In this document: positions 12,801 to 25,245 of the stretch, in pieces
Position numbering within the stretch: position 1 is the stretch's first letter
Layout: every line of letters starts with the position of its first letter
Source of the DNA: Lama glama
Lineage: Eukaryota
Assembly: GCA_028534125.1 (NCBI GenBank)
Contig: CM052816.1
Span: 28,522,001 to 28,586,000 of the forward strand
DNA length: 64,000 bases
Reading direction: 5' to 3'
The notes under the pieces: model-generated
Told to the model about the DNA's origin: nothing
Database searches by the model: none
What the model saw: only the letters and a program-made list of their open reading frames with translations
Translations under genes and position numbers: made by a program

Positions 12801-13978
12801 ATGCTCTCCCTTTGGTCCACACCTAGGGCTCCCTTCACAGGCACATGCAACCATTCTAAAGGCAACTCCTGTCCTCTGTCCACACATAAATGATTAGTTT
12901 ATATGGAAAACACAATCTTTCCTAGGGCCATACTGCCTTAAAACTGCTACTTCCCTGATGGAGAATTTCAAAGTCATTTTGCATTATTAGAATGACTACC
13001 TTCAGGAGACCTCTGTGTGCGCCTGTCTCATGTTTCTCTCTCCATATGGCACCAGGCATGTTAATGTCATCAATACGAACATCCTTAGAGAATTTACAAG
13101 TCACAGATGTAATTCAGCCACACTGATTTAAAATGACAATGAGAATCTTTTAAGGTAAAGAAAAATGGGAATCAGAAAAGCTACCACCATTTTGGGGCTT
13201 TGGATTTTGAGTATACAAAAAGCATGTCTATAGAATTTTCCATTAATCTGAGTCTAGTCAGTCAACCTACAGAAGTAAATAGAATATAATATACATTGAT
13301 ATGTTATAATAGGAAGCAAAACATTCTTCCTGTTTATTAGAAGTTTATTTCCACTTTTATAATCTTAATATAAAACTGATTATAAGTAAGGTTTAAACCT
13401 TTCCAAACAGTTATATGATTTAAACATAGTAACTAAAAATTATTAAAATAATAAAAATATATTAATTGAATCCAAAATCACAATATTTTATATTGGTTAA
13501 TAAGAAATCATTATGTATAAAATGGCTAAGCATCAAAAAATAAGTTGCTTACTAATAATAAATGTCATTCATTTGCTTGTTCTGAGGCAGTGGAAGGCAC
13601 AGATGCTGAATTAAGTCACTCGATACTGAAGTTTGAAACAAAATCTGTCATTTTCCAATAAGAATAAAATAAGTTATAATGATTTTGGAACTCCCTGAAG
13701 TTAACGGCATAGAAAAGATCTTGGCTTCAATCCTATGAAATACATGGCTCAATTCCACTAAAATAATATCTTTCACTAGGATTGAAGCACTTGCTACTGA
13801 TCAGATAGTCCATTATATTGGAGTCATTATTATAAACTTAGTAATAAGAGAGTTTGCCCCATTTCTTCCTAATCATATAGAGAGATAGGAAAATAGAATA
13901 GAGGCAGAGCTATTTCTAAGATAAATATTACACCACAGGCTGTTTGTTTTGGAGCGTGTTAGAATGTGTGTATCGGAA

Positions 13979-14009
<31 letters not shown>

Positions 14010-14014
14010 GTGTG
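13979..14014. repeat. Compound (TG)n(CG)n(TG)n microsatellite
   Basis: 36 bp of uninterrupted purine-pyrimidine alternation. Confidence 0.95.
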
Positions 14015-14024
14015 AAACACGGGA

Positions 14025-14280
14025 CAGTGCAGAGCAGTAGCTCACAGCTCACAGCTAGACTCTGGAGTCAGACTGCACATGACCCAGGTTGTTGATCCCA
14101 GCCTTGCTATCTCCTAGGTTACGTAACTTTGAGATGGAGCTTACTCTCTCAGAGACCCCTGCCTCTAAATGGGATTATAATAAAATTTCATCGACTTGTT
14201 AAAATTAAACGAGTAAATAAATGGAAAGTGTTGGAGCGGTGCCTGGTTCACAGCACTATTACTTATTGATTACCATTATT
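14025..14280 (+). mobile_element. MIR SINE
   Basis: 'agactctggagtcagactg...atcccagc...taaatgggattataataa...gtgcctgg'. Confidence 0.8.
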
Positions 14281-15729
14281 AAAATTCTTTTAACCTCTTT
14301 GTGTCACGAATTTTCCTAAAAAATACTGGGTCAAATACATTGTTTAGACAGCTTTTGGATACATGTGTGTTTGAAGATATCACATTAATAATAACTTGAT
14401 GAATGACCTTGGCAAATAACCGGCCTGGGATGCCATTTTTATATTTTAAAAAGGTTTACTATGATGCCCGCCAACCCCGGAGGAGGAGTTCAAGAAGAAT
14501 TAATGAATCAGGCTAAAATTTCTAACAAAAAGAATGACATAATAATATTATCATGTCTCAACATCTTTTTGCCTTTATGTGTTACACTGCATGTATTTCA
14601 AGGCAAATCATCAACGAAATTCCTAAATCAGTGTTCCTTTTGAGAAAGATCTTTTTAAAAAGTGTGTGGGAGAGAGTGAGTTGAAAGACGGAAAAAACAA
14701 ACAAACAAACAAAACAAAACAAAACCAAACCCAGGAAGACATAAAAGACAGAGGAAGCAGATTCATCTAATAAGGAAAAAAGCAAGAAAAAAGTAATGCT
14801 CAAGTGGTAAATTACTTTCCTTCCAATCTATTTCTTTTCATGCTCAGTAGAAAAGGATCATTCCAGGTTTACATTATGTATGTACATTTACAATCAGGGC
14901 TCTGGGTATGCTCTAGAATCATCAGCTTTAAAATACCAGCTCTTATTTTACTGCAGTGATATGTGAAGATGAGATTGTCTCTATTCTGAGTCTGGTAAGT
15001 TCCCTCTGAAGTTTTACATTTTAAATAAATCTTCACTATCAGCTTATTCTGTTGTCACTTGCTTCTTTGTGCTAAGAGTCAAGTGCAAACATTAAGAATC
15101 TGTTTATCTGTAGGTAAGTATTGAACATTAGAGAAAACATAGTTAAACAACTAACGGATAGGGAAGATGTCTGTTTCTCACAATATTCTAGACAAGATGA
15201 ACTAGAAAACCTGAAACTTCTCTAAAACGTAGATCTAGATTTGTTTGAAAAGAAAAGGGACTACCCAAGTACAAGAAACAGAAGTGCAAGCCAATGAGCT
15301 GTATGAAAACAAACCTTGTGCTGAGGATGAAGATGACTATTTGGGTAATCAAAGGGTTTGGGGTTTGATGCTCACACGGACCACAGATAAGGAGGCAGTG
15401 ACACCTGCATCAAAGCTGAATCCTAGAAGAGCTGCATCTCGGTGAAGGGGTAGGCAAGAAAAAAATAAACATATCTACTCACAGTGGAATACAAGGCCAT
15501 TTTTCTGCACTGTGGGTGCAGGAGAAACAAAGTGTTTATTTTGGTAACTTTAAAATTTAACTTCACCTGGGGTTGTGATTCAAATCGACAGAATTTGCAC
15601 ATCATAGTAATCTCAAGCCAGACGATGATGAAAGCCCATCTAGCAGGAGCTGGTGACAGCAGAGAAGCATCTGGCAGAAGCAGAGTCCAGTCAGATTTCA
15701 GGAGATTTTAAAGATTTAGAGGAACTTAT

Positions 15730-16900
15730 AATCAAAAATGACAAAATTTGTAAGTAAACTATCCACTGTAACTGAGAGTTAGCACAGAGAGCAAACAATA
15801 GGAATAGACAAACTCAAGCACTTAATAAAAAATACATAAACAATGAAACAAATACATTTACAAAAGTGACTAAAAGCATAAATAAGAACAGAATAAGATA
15901 CTGTGTATAAATGTAAATAAACTTATAAGCAAATTAAACAACAAATTATACACAGTTAAAGAGGGTAAGAGTGAACTACAGAAAATATGTGAGGAAACAG
16001 TCATGTGAAGATTGTGAAAATATCAAAAAGTTAAGAGATGGAGATGACAGAAAAAGAAGGAACAACATGTAATAAAAGTTCTGAGAGAGAGAGAGGGAGG
16101 GAGGGAAGGGGACAGAAAGAATGAAAATAAGGAAAATGGGAATAAATCAGTATTTAAAAAAAAGAATGGCTGAGAACTTTCCAGAATCTACAAGAAACAT
16201 GAATCCTCAGATAGAAGGGAAGAAAGAGCTGTGTGAGTGTCATTTTGGAAAAAACCCACACCTGGGGTCCTCATAGTGAAACGACCAATGACTAAAGAAT
16301 ATAGATCTTGAAAGCAGACAGAGAGAAAAGATAGATTTACTGCTAAGGAATAAAAGTCATGCTGACCCCTGATTTCAGACTTTTCAAATGCAACAGTAGA
16401 AACCAGAAGATAATGGATTAGTGTAATTAAAAAGCTGAGTGGAAATAACTATTTTCCTAGAATCCCTTTCCCAGTAAATCATCTAACTTAATGGATAAAG
16501 CAAATATTTTTCAAAGCAAAAAGAAACAGCACCTTCTATAGCTGTTCTTAGCCAAAGAATTAAAGGGCACACTTTAAGAATACAGAAACTGACCCAGAAA
16601 GGAGAGTGAAGCAATGGTTGAGCAAAGAAATTGGGAAACATCAGAAAAATTAAATAAGCATTGTCAGTATAACAGAATAACCGTAATGACTACTTCAGGG
16701 CATATAGATCAAAATGAATCTACAACACTGAACAGTAAGATAGTGAGCAAAATTAAAACATTCTAAGATCCTTTTATTGGTCAAGAAGCATACAGAAATA
16801 CTTTCATGCATGTTAAATTTGCATTTGAGAAATGTACCCTTGCAATAATAAAGCATGCATATTAAAAAGTGAACATAGTCTCTAGAGAGCAGAAAAAAAA
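15730..16900 (+). mobile_element. Old L1 (L1M/HAL1) ORF1-region remnant
   Basis: 'aatggctgagaactttccagaa...atgaatcctcagat...atcttgaaagcagacagagagaaaag...caacagtagaaaccagaagataatgg...cctagaat' are L1 ORF1 motifs; frame disrupted. Confidence 0.8.
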
Positions 16901-17417
16901 AAAGCGTGTATTCTAAAGAAGTTGAGGGAATTCAGCAATGAACATCAGTGGTTCCTGACTTTAAGATGCTTACTGTTGGATGGGAAGACACAGATACAAT
17001 TTCATATACAGAAAGATAAAAATGTACTTTATTCTAGAGAAACCCAATCTCTTTTGCCTACATTTTAAAGCCTTTCCTCTTTACAGCCTTAGGCGGGTAA
17101 AGAGTTCCAATAAACTTACATGTTTCCTAGACTTTAAAGAGCACAAGTGCTGTGCTTTGCCAAAAACACATAACAGAAACAGAATCCATTATTCAACATA
17201 TGCGCAGAGAGTTCTAACAAGTGTCTGCAAACTTGCCAGTACATGTGCTTTACATTAAGTCCACCCCACTCAGCCTCACTTATATCTAAAACACAACTGT
17301 CTTAAAAGCAAAATAAATGTAACCAGAAAAACGTTTACATGGTTCCCATGCATACTGTTTTCTGAAAAAGATACCCATCCTTGTTCCCTTGCTGTCAGCA
17401 CATCAGTTTCTGAATAC

Positions 17418-17443
17418 AAAAAAAAAAAAAAAAAAAAAAAAAA
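17418..17443. repeat. Poly(A) tract (A26)
   Basis: Directly visible. Confidence 0.95.
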
Positions 17444-18429
17444 CAAAAACCATGAAGTGAAAACAGGAGGCTGCAAATAAAAAACAAAGCATCCAGGCTT
17501 GATGTTCAGCCTTCCAGGGAACAATCCATCTTCATGTGTAAGGAACAGAAATTCACAAGAAGATAACAAAACAACTGAAGAAAAGATTATAAGATCCATG
17601 TTGCCGGTAAAAAAGAAATAGACCCAACAGAGTCAGGACAATAGAAAGGCGATATAATTGCAAAATATAATCGTACTAAGAATAGATCAAGAGATACTGT
17701 TTCAAACAACAACAAGAAAAACCACCAACAGTTCTTTCGTTTCTTTTAAGAAAGGAACTAAAAAGGAAGAGGGTGGATTTGTGAGCTTTTAACAAATCTG
17801 CCTTGAACAATAAATTGTTGACTCCAGAAGAAATGAATTGAGATCTAAGGTTTTTAAGTATCATGAGATGTGCTATTCAGAATACTCCCAGGGAAAAATA
17901 ACTTAGAGGTACATCACAGCCCAATTCTACCTTTTGTAAAAGCAGCTCTGTGTCTCTTTTCTTTTGTTTGGATGTATGGCAAGCAGGCACAGTAGTTAAA
18001 TAATCTATATTTCCCTAATTTTTTTCACAATACCTGAAGCCCACAGATGAAAAATGATGCACTCAGGAACATTATTTTTAAACGGATATTCTGTGTGGGG
18101 ATCAGACTTTTCTCCATCCTCCCCTTACAAGATGCCTGATGACGCACATCAAAGACTACTATAATGCATCAGTTCCAAGTTATCTTTTAAACTTATGTTA
18201 TTTGCAGTTCCAACTTCATGATGTTAAGAGGATCTTACAAGATGACAGTACCAAAACTGCTTAGGAAACCGAGCTATGATATCTACCATGGATCTACAAA
18301 TTCATCAGCTGGCACTTATTAAATATCTATTATTTCAAACAGTGAATGCAGAGTATTAGAATCACAGGGGGAATATATATGACTGGTGTTCAGGGAAGCT
18401 GAGCACCAGGCCCATATCAGACATGTAAA

Positions 18430-18580
18430 AGGTACATGACGTGGGCTTAACCCCTCTATGCCTCTGTTGTCTTATCTGCAAAATGGGGTAGATAATAAAT
18501 GAATGATTTACAGATATCATAAGGTAGAAATAAACAAAAATCAAAGGATAAAACACAATGAAATTGGGCTGTTACTATAA
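18430..18580 (+). mobile_element. MIR fragment
   Basis: 'cttaacccctctatgcctctgttgtcttatctgcaaaatgggg'. Confidence 0.7.
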
Positions 18581-19005
18581 AACAGTACATTAATTACCTA
18601 TCCAGGGTGCACAAAGCAGATTTCCTCTACACTGTGCAGATAATCCTCTCTACATAAATCTAGTACCATGATGCAACCTCCATTTAAACATTTGCATTCG
18701 AAGAGACAAGCTTTAAATAAGTATAGAAACCGAATTTATTTCCAAAGTCAGATACTCAGTTTATCACATCAAAGGGAAATTGTGTCTGCACAAAATTCTG
18801 AATAAATAAAACTTCCTATTTTATCGCCAATTATTTTTCAAGGCTGAATGTAAAAATAACGTTTTCTTTTATTCCACAAATTACGGAGAGCAGATAAATG
18901 TAAAAATTACAATGGATTATAAACTTTTGAACTTGATTTTCAGTCTGCTTTATCTTTATCACTAAACTATGATCCAAGATACTAATTCTCTGAGCCATGA
19001 TCTAG

Positions 19006-19490
19006 TTTTTTTTTATTAACAACTGTATTAAGGAATAATTTGCATAAGAGAAAATTCACCCATTTAAGTGTAGAATTCTTTTCTACTAAATGATTCTTAG
19101 TAAATTTACAGATTTGTGCAGCTATAGCCACTATCCACCTTTAGGACATTTTCATGACCCCAAAAAGACTTCTCATGCTCCTCTGAAGTCAACCCATATT
19201 ATAACCCCTAAGCCCAGGCCACTACTACTGTACTTTTCAACTCTACAGATTGGCTTTTTATGGATACTTCAGATAAATAAAATCATACACTATTTGGTCT
19301 TTTCTATCTGCCTTCTTTTATTTAGTATCCTGTTTTTTATTGCTGATAAGAGTCTATTGCATGGGTGGTTCATGTTTTATCCAATAATCATTTGATGAAC
19401 ATTTGAATTGTTTCCAAATTTTGGCTATTATGAGTAATGTTGCTTTGAACATAATAATCCGGTTTCATGGGTAAATACTGAATTATACCA
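19006..19490 (-). mobile_element. L1MB-like 3' end
   Basis: Poly(T) then 'aaattcacccatttaagtgta...ttagtaaatttacagatttgtgcagc...ttgtttccaaattttggctattatgagtaatg'. Confidence 0.8.
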
Positions 19491-19634
19491 TATATATATA
19501 TATAATACTGTAATATATGTATGTATCTGGAATGCTTAGTCTTAGGGAAACTGGTACTCAGATAAACAAACCACAAATTCAGACTTTCCAGGTGCTTCAT
19601 TGCTCTAAAACTTCCAGGTGAAGAGATAGAATTG

Positions 19635-19845
19635 TAAAGTAGTTAATGGCACAAATTCTGGAGATGGGTTCCTTGGGTTCGTAAACCAACTTGATATTGT
19701 ATATTCTAAGTTAGGCAAGTTGTTCATTAACTTCCTTGGTTTCCTTCACTGTAGAATGAGGACAATGACAATGGCTCATTTATAAGTTTATAGTGAGGGT
19801 AAGGTGGAGCAAAAGCACTTAATAAGGTTAACTATTATAATTAAA
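19635..19845 (+). mobile_element. MIR SINE
   Basis: 'ttctggagatggg...ttaggcaagttg...gtttccttcactgtagaatgagga'. Confidence 0.65.
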
Positions 19846-20249
19846 AACTGTACACCAAATCATCATGAAATGATTTTAAGAGATTAGTAGTGTTATTAAA
19901 ACAAAATGTCTAGAAAATTCCTAAATCTAGTTTTCCACTAAGGGATGCAACTCTTATTATTGCTTAATACAGTATAATTTTCAAGCACAAATGTATGTTT
20001 CAACGTGGAGGGAAGCAAAACACCTATTTTCCTGTCTGGCCATTACCACACAGTCATTGGCTGAGGAAGAATCTCTAATAACCTCTTGCTTCAAAGTAGA
20101 ACATCACTGGATTCAGAGACAAAGCAGAATTAGATTTTTACCATCAAACAATCTTTGTCACATCCTCTTCAATGTGGCACGAAACACACGACAGAAGAAA
20201 GGAATAAAAAATAAATAGAAAGAGCAATGACATAGCTTCTCTGGCTTAA

Positions 20250-20500
20250 TTATTTAACAATACACTGTGCATAATATGCGGCAGGAACAGTTCTTTAAAA
20301 ATTCTTTAAAAATAGTAACTAACTTAATCTTCATAATAACCCTATGAAATAGTATCTATTACCCTCCGTTTCAGATGAGATAACCACAGCACATGAGAGG
20401 TTCAGTAATTTAACCAGTGTCACACAGCTAGTAAGTACAGAGCTGAGTTTCAAACCAGGCAACCGAGTGCAAGTTATTAGTTCACACCATGACACTTGGC
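20250..20500 (-). mobile_element. MIR SINE
   Basis: 'aatcttcataataaccctatga...tttcagatgagataacc...gtcacacagctagtaagt'. Confidence 0.8.
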
Positions 20501-21369
20501 TATCTCTTTTACTAGAAGACAGAAGGATCTGACTGAAGTGAACATATTCCCAGAAAAGACAAGTAGAAGCACAATCTGTTTTGTTCTGCACACAGATCTA
20601 TCTACTTTAAACATACCATCTGATTTACATTAAGCCACAGGGAAATGTTTCTTTCAAAGATGAGTGAAACTAGGAAGGTCTAAGTTATCCCTCCTTCAGT
20701 TTCATCTTACACTCCCTTATCCATTTTATATAAATGTAATATTGAAAAAGTCAAGCTTATCAAATTCATAGATGAAGTTCTTCAAACACCAGAAAGGATT
20801 CCTAAGCTGACCACACGAACATTCACTTCCTAATCAATCACTCTCACTATGTATGAATTGAGAGAGTAGTAGACCCTCTGTGGACAAACATTTCCAATTT
20901 TTTAAAAAATCTAGTGCAATTTATATCCTTCTTGGAAGATCATGGTGCACATTAATATTTTTAACTTTTTAATTACACAAACATTAGGCACATACTTGTA
21001 AAAGATAAAACCTACAGACAAATGAAGTGCACCCCTACCTTAATATTTTAAAAGGCTCTGAAAAGTCCTGATGTATACAAACTTGCCTATATTTGTTTAA
21101 TGAAGCATTTCTCAAATTCAATAATATTAAATAATTTTAATAAAATAAAAAACAAGAATGGAGTCTACTTTCCTCCCAATCTAACACCTTTTTACCTATA
21201 TTGTCAAATAGGTAAAAAGTGCTCTAGACTTCTAAGTAATCCACAACATATTAATGTAATTATTTCTTACTCTTCTGATAAAACTTTATTCTGATACAAC
21301 CTTTGAGGTTTGAGTCATGAGAAAGAGCATAGTTAATAACATATGACAGCACGGGGAAGCGTAAAGATG

Positions 21370-21610
21370 ATAATAAACAGACTAACGTTCACTAACATTA
21401 TTAGGGGCTTATCACACTGCAGACATCGCTTATCTAATATCATGCTCAAAACAACCCTAGAAGGCAAGTATTTACATATTAATTCTCATTTTACAAAAGA
21501 ACAACTGGGTAACAAGCCATAGCACGCATTTAGTAAGAGGTGAAGTTGGGCTGCAAATTCAGGCACTCCAAACCCAGAATTCATATTCCAGCAATTACAC
21601 TGGACTGCCT
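21370..21610 (-). mobile_element. MIR SINE
   Basis: 'acaaccctagaaggcaagta...ctcattttaca...tagtaagagg...ctccaaacccag'. Confidence 0.7.
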
Positions 21611-22379
21611 TCCACTCTGTCCCAGGCAATCATTTCAATTACACATGCAGAATCCCTATTGCTAGGAAGAAACAAGGAAATAAATACTACATAAAACTAC
21701 CAAGGAAGATCTAGGAAAGGCGGATATGATTTATTCATCACAATGTGTTTATGTTAACTCTCAACACTTCTGTTATTATAAACCCTTTCCACTTGTTTAT
21801 GTCTCTTTTCCACTTTACTAAGGAGTTGGACGATTAGAACTGTTTTCTCTTCCCTATCCTAAAATCACTGCAGTGACAGCACATTTTCCAATGGTGATAT
21901 ATTCTGTAAATAGCTGAAAATAATGAAATGTATCTGCAGCCACAGCACTATTTCACATTATCTTTCATTTTTCGATGGAAGGATCATTCATACATTAATG
22001 TCTAATTCCAACATATAAAATGTGCCGTGTTTGTGAGTGAATAGTATGCGGGGTTTTATTTATTGCTTTCTCCTTACTGCATACTTTTCAAAGTGCTAAC
22101 ATTGTTTCTGCAAATCAAATTCTATTTTGACATTCGGCCTTTCAAATGGCAAAAAGGAAATCATGCAAAAAGCACTAGATTCAAAGACTGCAGAAAGCTG
22201 CTAGAATACGGAATGCTGACTTCTAAGAAATGCACACTTTACATGCTTTGTTCTCAGAAGACAATATCAAAGTAATGAGTAAGGCCTTTTTTAGCCCTCT
22301 GTAGCTTATTTCTTGGTAACCTCTTTAAAGCATCTGAAGATGTAAAAAGAACAGTTGGATCTGCAGAGAGATTTTTTTT

Positions 22380-23660
22380 TTCCTTCACTACATACTTATT
22401 GTGACAATACTTTTCTAGATGTGGAGGACCCCGTAATGAAAAGGGTGGACAAGGCTGCTGAGCTTAAGGAAGTTACATTTGACAGGCAGGAGACAGTCAA
22501 CCAATAAAACAAACACAGAACAAGATATCACAGAGAGGTGAGAGCTGTGAAGAAACAACAGGTAGCACCCTGAAAGAGGTGGTGCACCAGTGAGTGTGTG
22601 ACAGGGAGTGACAGGGATGCACGTGGACAGCCAGAGCCCAGGCTGAGTGGCCAGCAAAAGTACCTCTGAAACAGGTAACGCAGGAACTAAGGCTAAATGG
22701 AGAGAAAAAGCCAGCTATGCATATGCCAAGTGCAAAGGCTCAGAAGAGGGAATGAGTTTGGGAAGCCCAAACCCAAAGAATAGCTTGCATGGTAGAGTAC
22801 CAGGCAGGGGGATCTGAGACCGAAAGGAGATGCATTCTGCGGTCCGAAGAGATCATAGTGCATGGTTACAAGTTAGACAGCCACGTAAAGGGACAGAAGC
22901 AGCTCCAGCAGCAACGGGGAGCTGCAAAAGTTTTCAACATGGGATGATATTGAACTTTTCTCAAAAATACGACTTTTATTGCTCCGGGGAAAATGGATTA
23001 TAGGACAGCAAGGGAAGAAGCAGGAGCTGGTTAGGAATTTGTGTGAAGGCAGTGTAATTAAAAGATAAGGATAAATAAGAGAGGTTCAACGCAGATAGTG
23101 AAAAGGATTTTGAATGCATTTTGGAGGACAATTTGATAAAACTTCCTAAGAGACTGCACGTGAAGGGTGATGAAAGGGAGGAAGCAAAAATGATACCAAG
23201 TGTTTTGGTCCAGGCAACAGGTTAGATCATGGAGTGACTTACTGACATAGAAGAAACTAAACAAGAGAGTTGCGGGTCTGAGTATGGATTCTTAAGTTCT
23301 GCTTTCAATATTTGAGATACCTATTAAACAGCCAAAGAAGATGATGAGTGGGCTAAAGGAAGAGTTTAGGGCTGGAGATACAAACTTGGGAGTCACTCAC
23401 ACGTATTTGGTGTTTAAAACTATGGGACTAGATGAAATCAGCATGGAGCTGCGGGTGGGGAAGGAGCCGACAGGGAAGGGAAGGAGGAAGAGAGTGGTGG
23501 GTGGAGGAGGGAGAGAGAGAGAAAGAAAGGATGTACTTTCAAGTGCTCAGACTGAATACTGGGCAAGGAAAAATTTAGATGTTGAGGAAGTAAGAAGAAC
23601 TCAGCAAAAAACACAAAGGAGGGGTAGACAGTGAGACAGAGAAGAAATACCTGTTCCATA
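22380..23660 (-). mobile_element. L2 element (~1.3 kb)
   Basis: Purine-rich antisense L2 motifs 'caagtgcaaaggctcagaag', 'tttgagatacctattaaacagccaa', 'gggctggagatacaaacttgggagtca'. Confidence 0.8.
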
Positions 23661-23831
23661 CACAGAACCTTGACAAATAAGTCTAACAAAAATAACCAAA
23701 AAGTGCTCTCTGGCATTTTTTACCTACAGCGTCGATCTGATAGCAAGTCCACTGACCTACATCATAGAACTACTTGTTTGCTGATTAAGGCTGGATATAA
23801 AGAATACTTCTCTAGAATAATTTCCACAGAG

Positions 23832-24310
23832 TTTTTTTTTTTAACTTTTTTCTTGAAGTATAGTCAGTTTACAATGTTGTGTCAATTTCTGGTTTACAGT
23901 ATAATGTTTCAGTCATACATGTGCATACATATATTCTTTTTCATATTTTTTCACAAGTTACTACAGGATATTGTATATAGTTCCCTGTGCTATATAGTAT
24001 AAACTTGTTGTTTATCTATTTTATTTAACTAGTAGTATCTGCAAATCTCAAACTCTCAATTTATCATTTCCCACCCTGTTTCCCCATTGGTAACCATATG
24101 TTTGTTCTCTATGTGAGTCTGTTTCTGTTTTGTAAATAAGTAAGTTCATCTGAGCTTTTTTTTTTTTAATTCCACATAGAACTGATATTATATGGTATTT
24201 TTCTTTCCCCTTCTGGTTTACTTCACTTAGAATGATGAACTCCAGGTCCAACTATGCTGCTGCAAATGGCATTATTTCATACTTTTTTATGACTGAGTAG
24301 TAAGTATTTC

Positions 24311-24351
<41 letters not shown>

Positions 24352-24682
24352 ATACCACAACTTCTTTATCTAGTCTTCTGTCGATGGACATTTAGGTTGT
24401 TTCCATGTCTTGGCTAATGTAAATAGTACTGCTATTATAAACACTGGTGTGCATGTATCTTTTTGATTTAGAGTTTTCTCCAGATACATGCCCAAAAGTG
24501 GCTCATATGGTAAGTCTATTTTAATTTTTTTAAGGAACCTTCATACTGTCCTCCATAATGGCTGCAACAAATTACCAAACCTCCAATAGTGTAGGAGGGT
24601 TCCCTTTTCTGCATATTCTCTCCAGCATTTATTATTTGTAGACTTTTTAATGATGGCTGTTCTGACTGGTGTGTGGTGATAC
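23832..24682 (-). mobile_element. Cetartiodactyl/camelid-type L1, 5'-truncated (ORF2 C-terminus + 3' UTR)
   Basis: Poly(T) tail, 'ttgaagtatagtcagtttacaatg'; translations MDLEFIILSEVNQ and HHTPVRTAIIKKSTNNKCWR match the L1 ORF2 C-terminal region. Confidence 0.92.
24313..24346. repeat. (TG)17 microsatellite within L1
   Basis: Directly visible. Confidence 0.95.
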
Positions 24683-25059
24683 GAATGGTAACATAACCAT
24701 GAACCGGATCTTCCTGTTTCACATTGCACCTGCTGGATAATTCTTGCTGTCACTCTGCTGCATAATTCTTCACTGTCATCACATTCAACGTCACTTTTTG
24801 TGATGAACAGATTTAAGGTAAGTTCCATTCACTGTTTTCTTCTGGAATTGCACAATCTTGCAAAAGTTCTGATAGATATTTCTCATATTCTTCTTTTCAT
24901 TTTACTACTAAAACAGCAGACTTTGTCATGGCTTGCCAATTTCATCTACAGAAAGTCTGATGACTATTAATACTTATTTCAGTTTTTGAGCCACATTAAT
25001 TTTAGCTTCTCTCTACTGTCACTATTCATCCTTATTTCAAAACCTTGATTTATTACTTT

Positions 25060-25245
25060 GTATCCTCTCTCTGATTCACCTCCAATTCACTTGTCTTATC
25101 TTGTTTATTTTTTTAGCTCTTCTACTAGACCCTGAACATATCAAAGGCAGAACTGTGTCTTATTAATATTCATATCTATTATTTCTAGCATGGTGCCCAG
25201 TACAAACTGCCTGTTCTATAAGTGCTGAATGAATAATGAATCAAA
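25060..25245 (+). mobile_element. L2 3' end
   Basis: 'ctactagaccctgaac...aaggcagaactgtgtc...ctagcatggtgcccag...tgctgaatgaataatgaat'. Confidence 0.75.

Noticed and set aside
24048..24828. ORFs with protein-like translations
   Set aside because: Mostly frameshifted L1 ORF2 C-terminal remnants, not host genes
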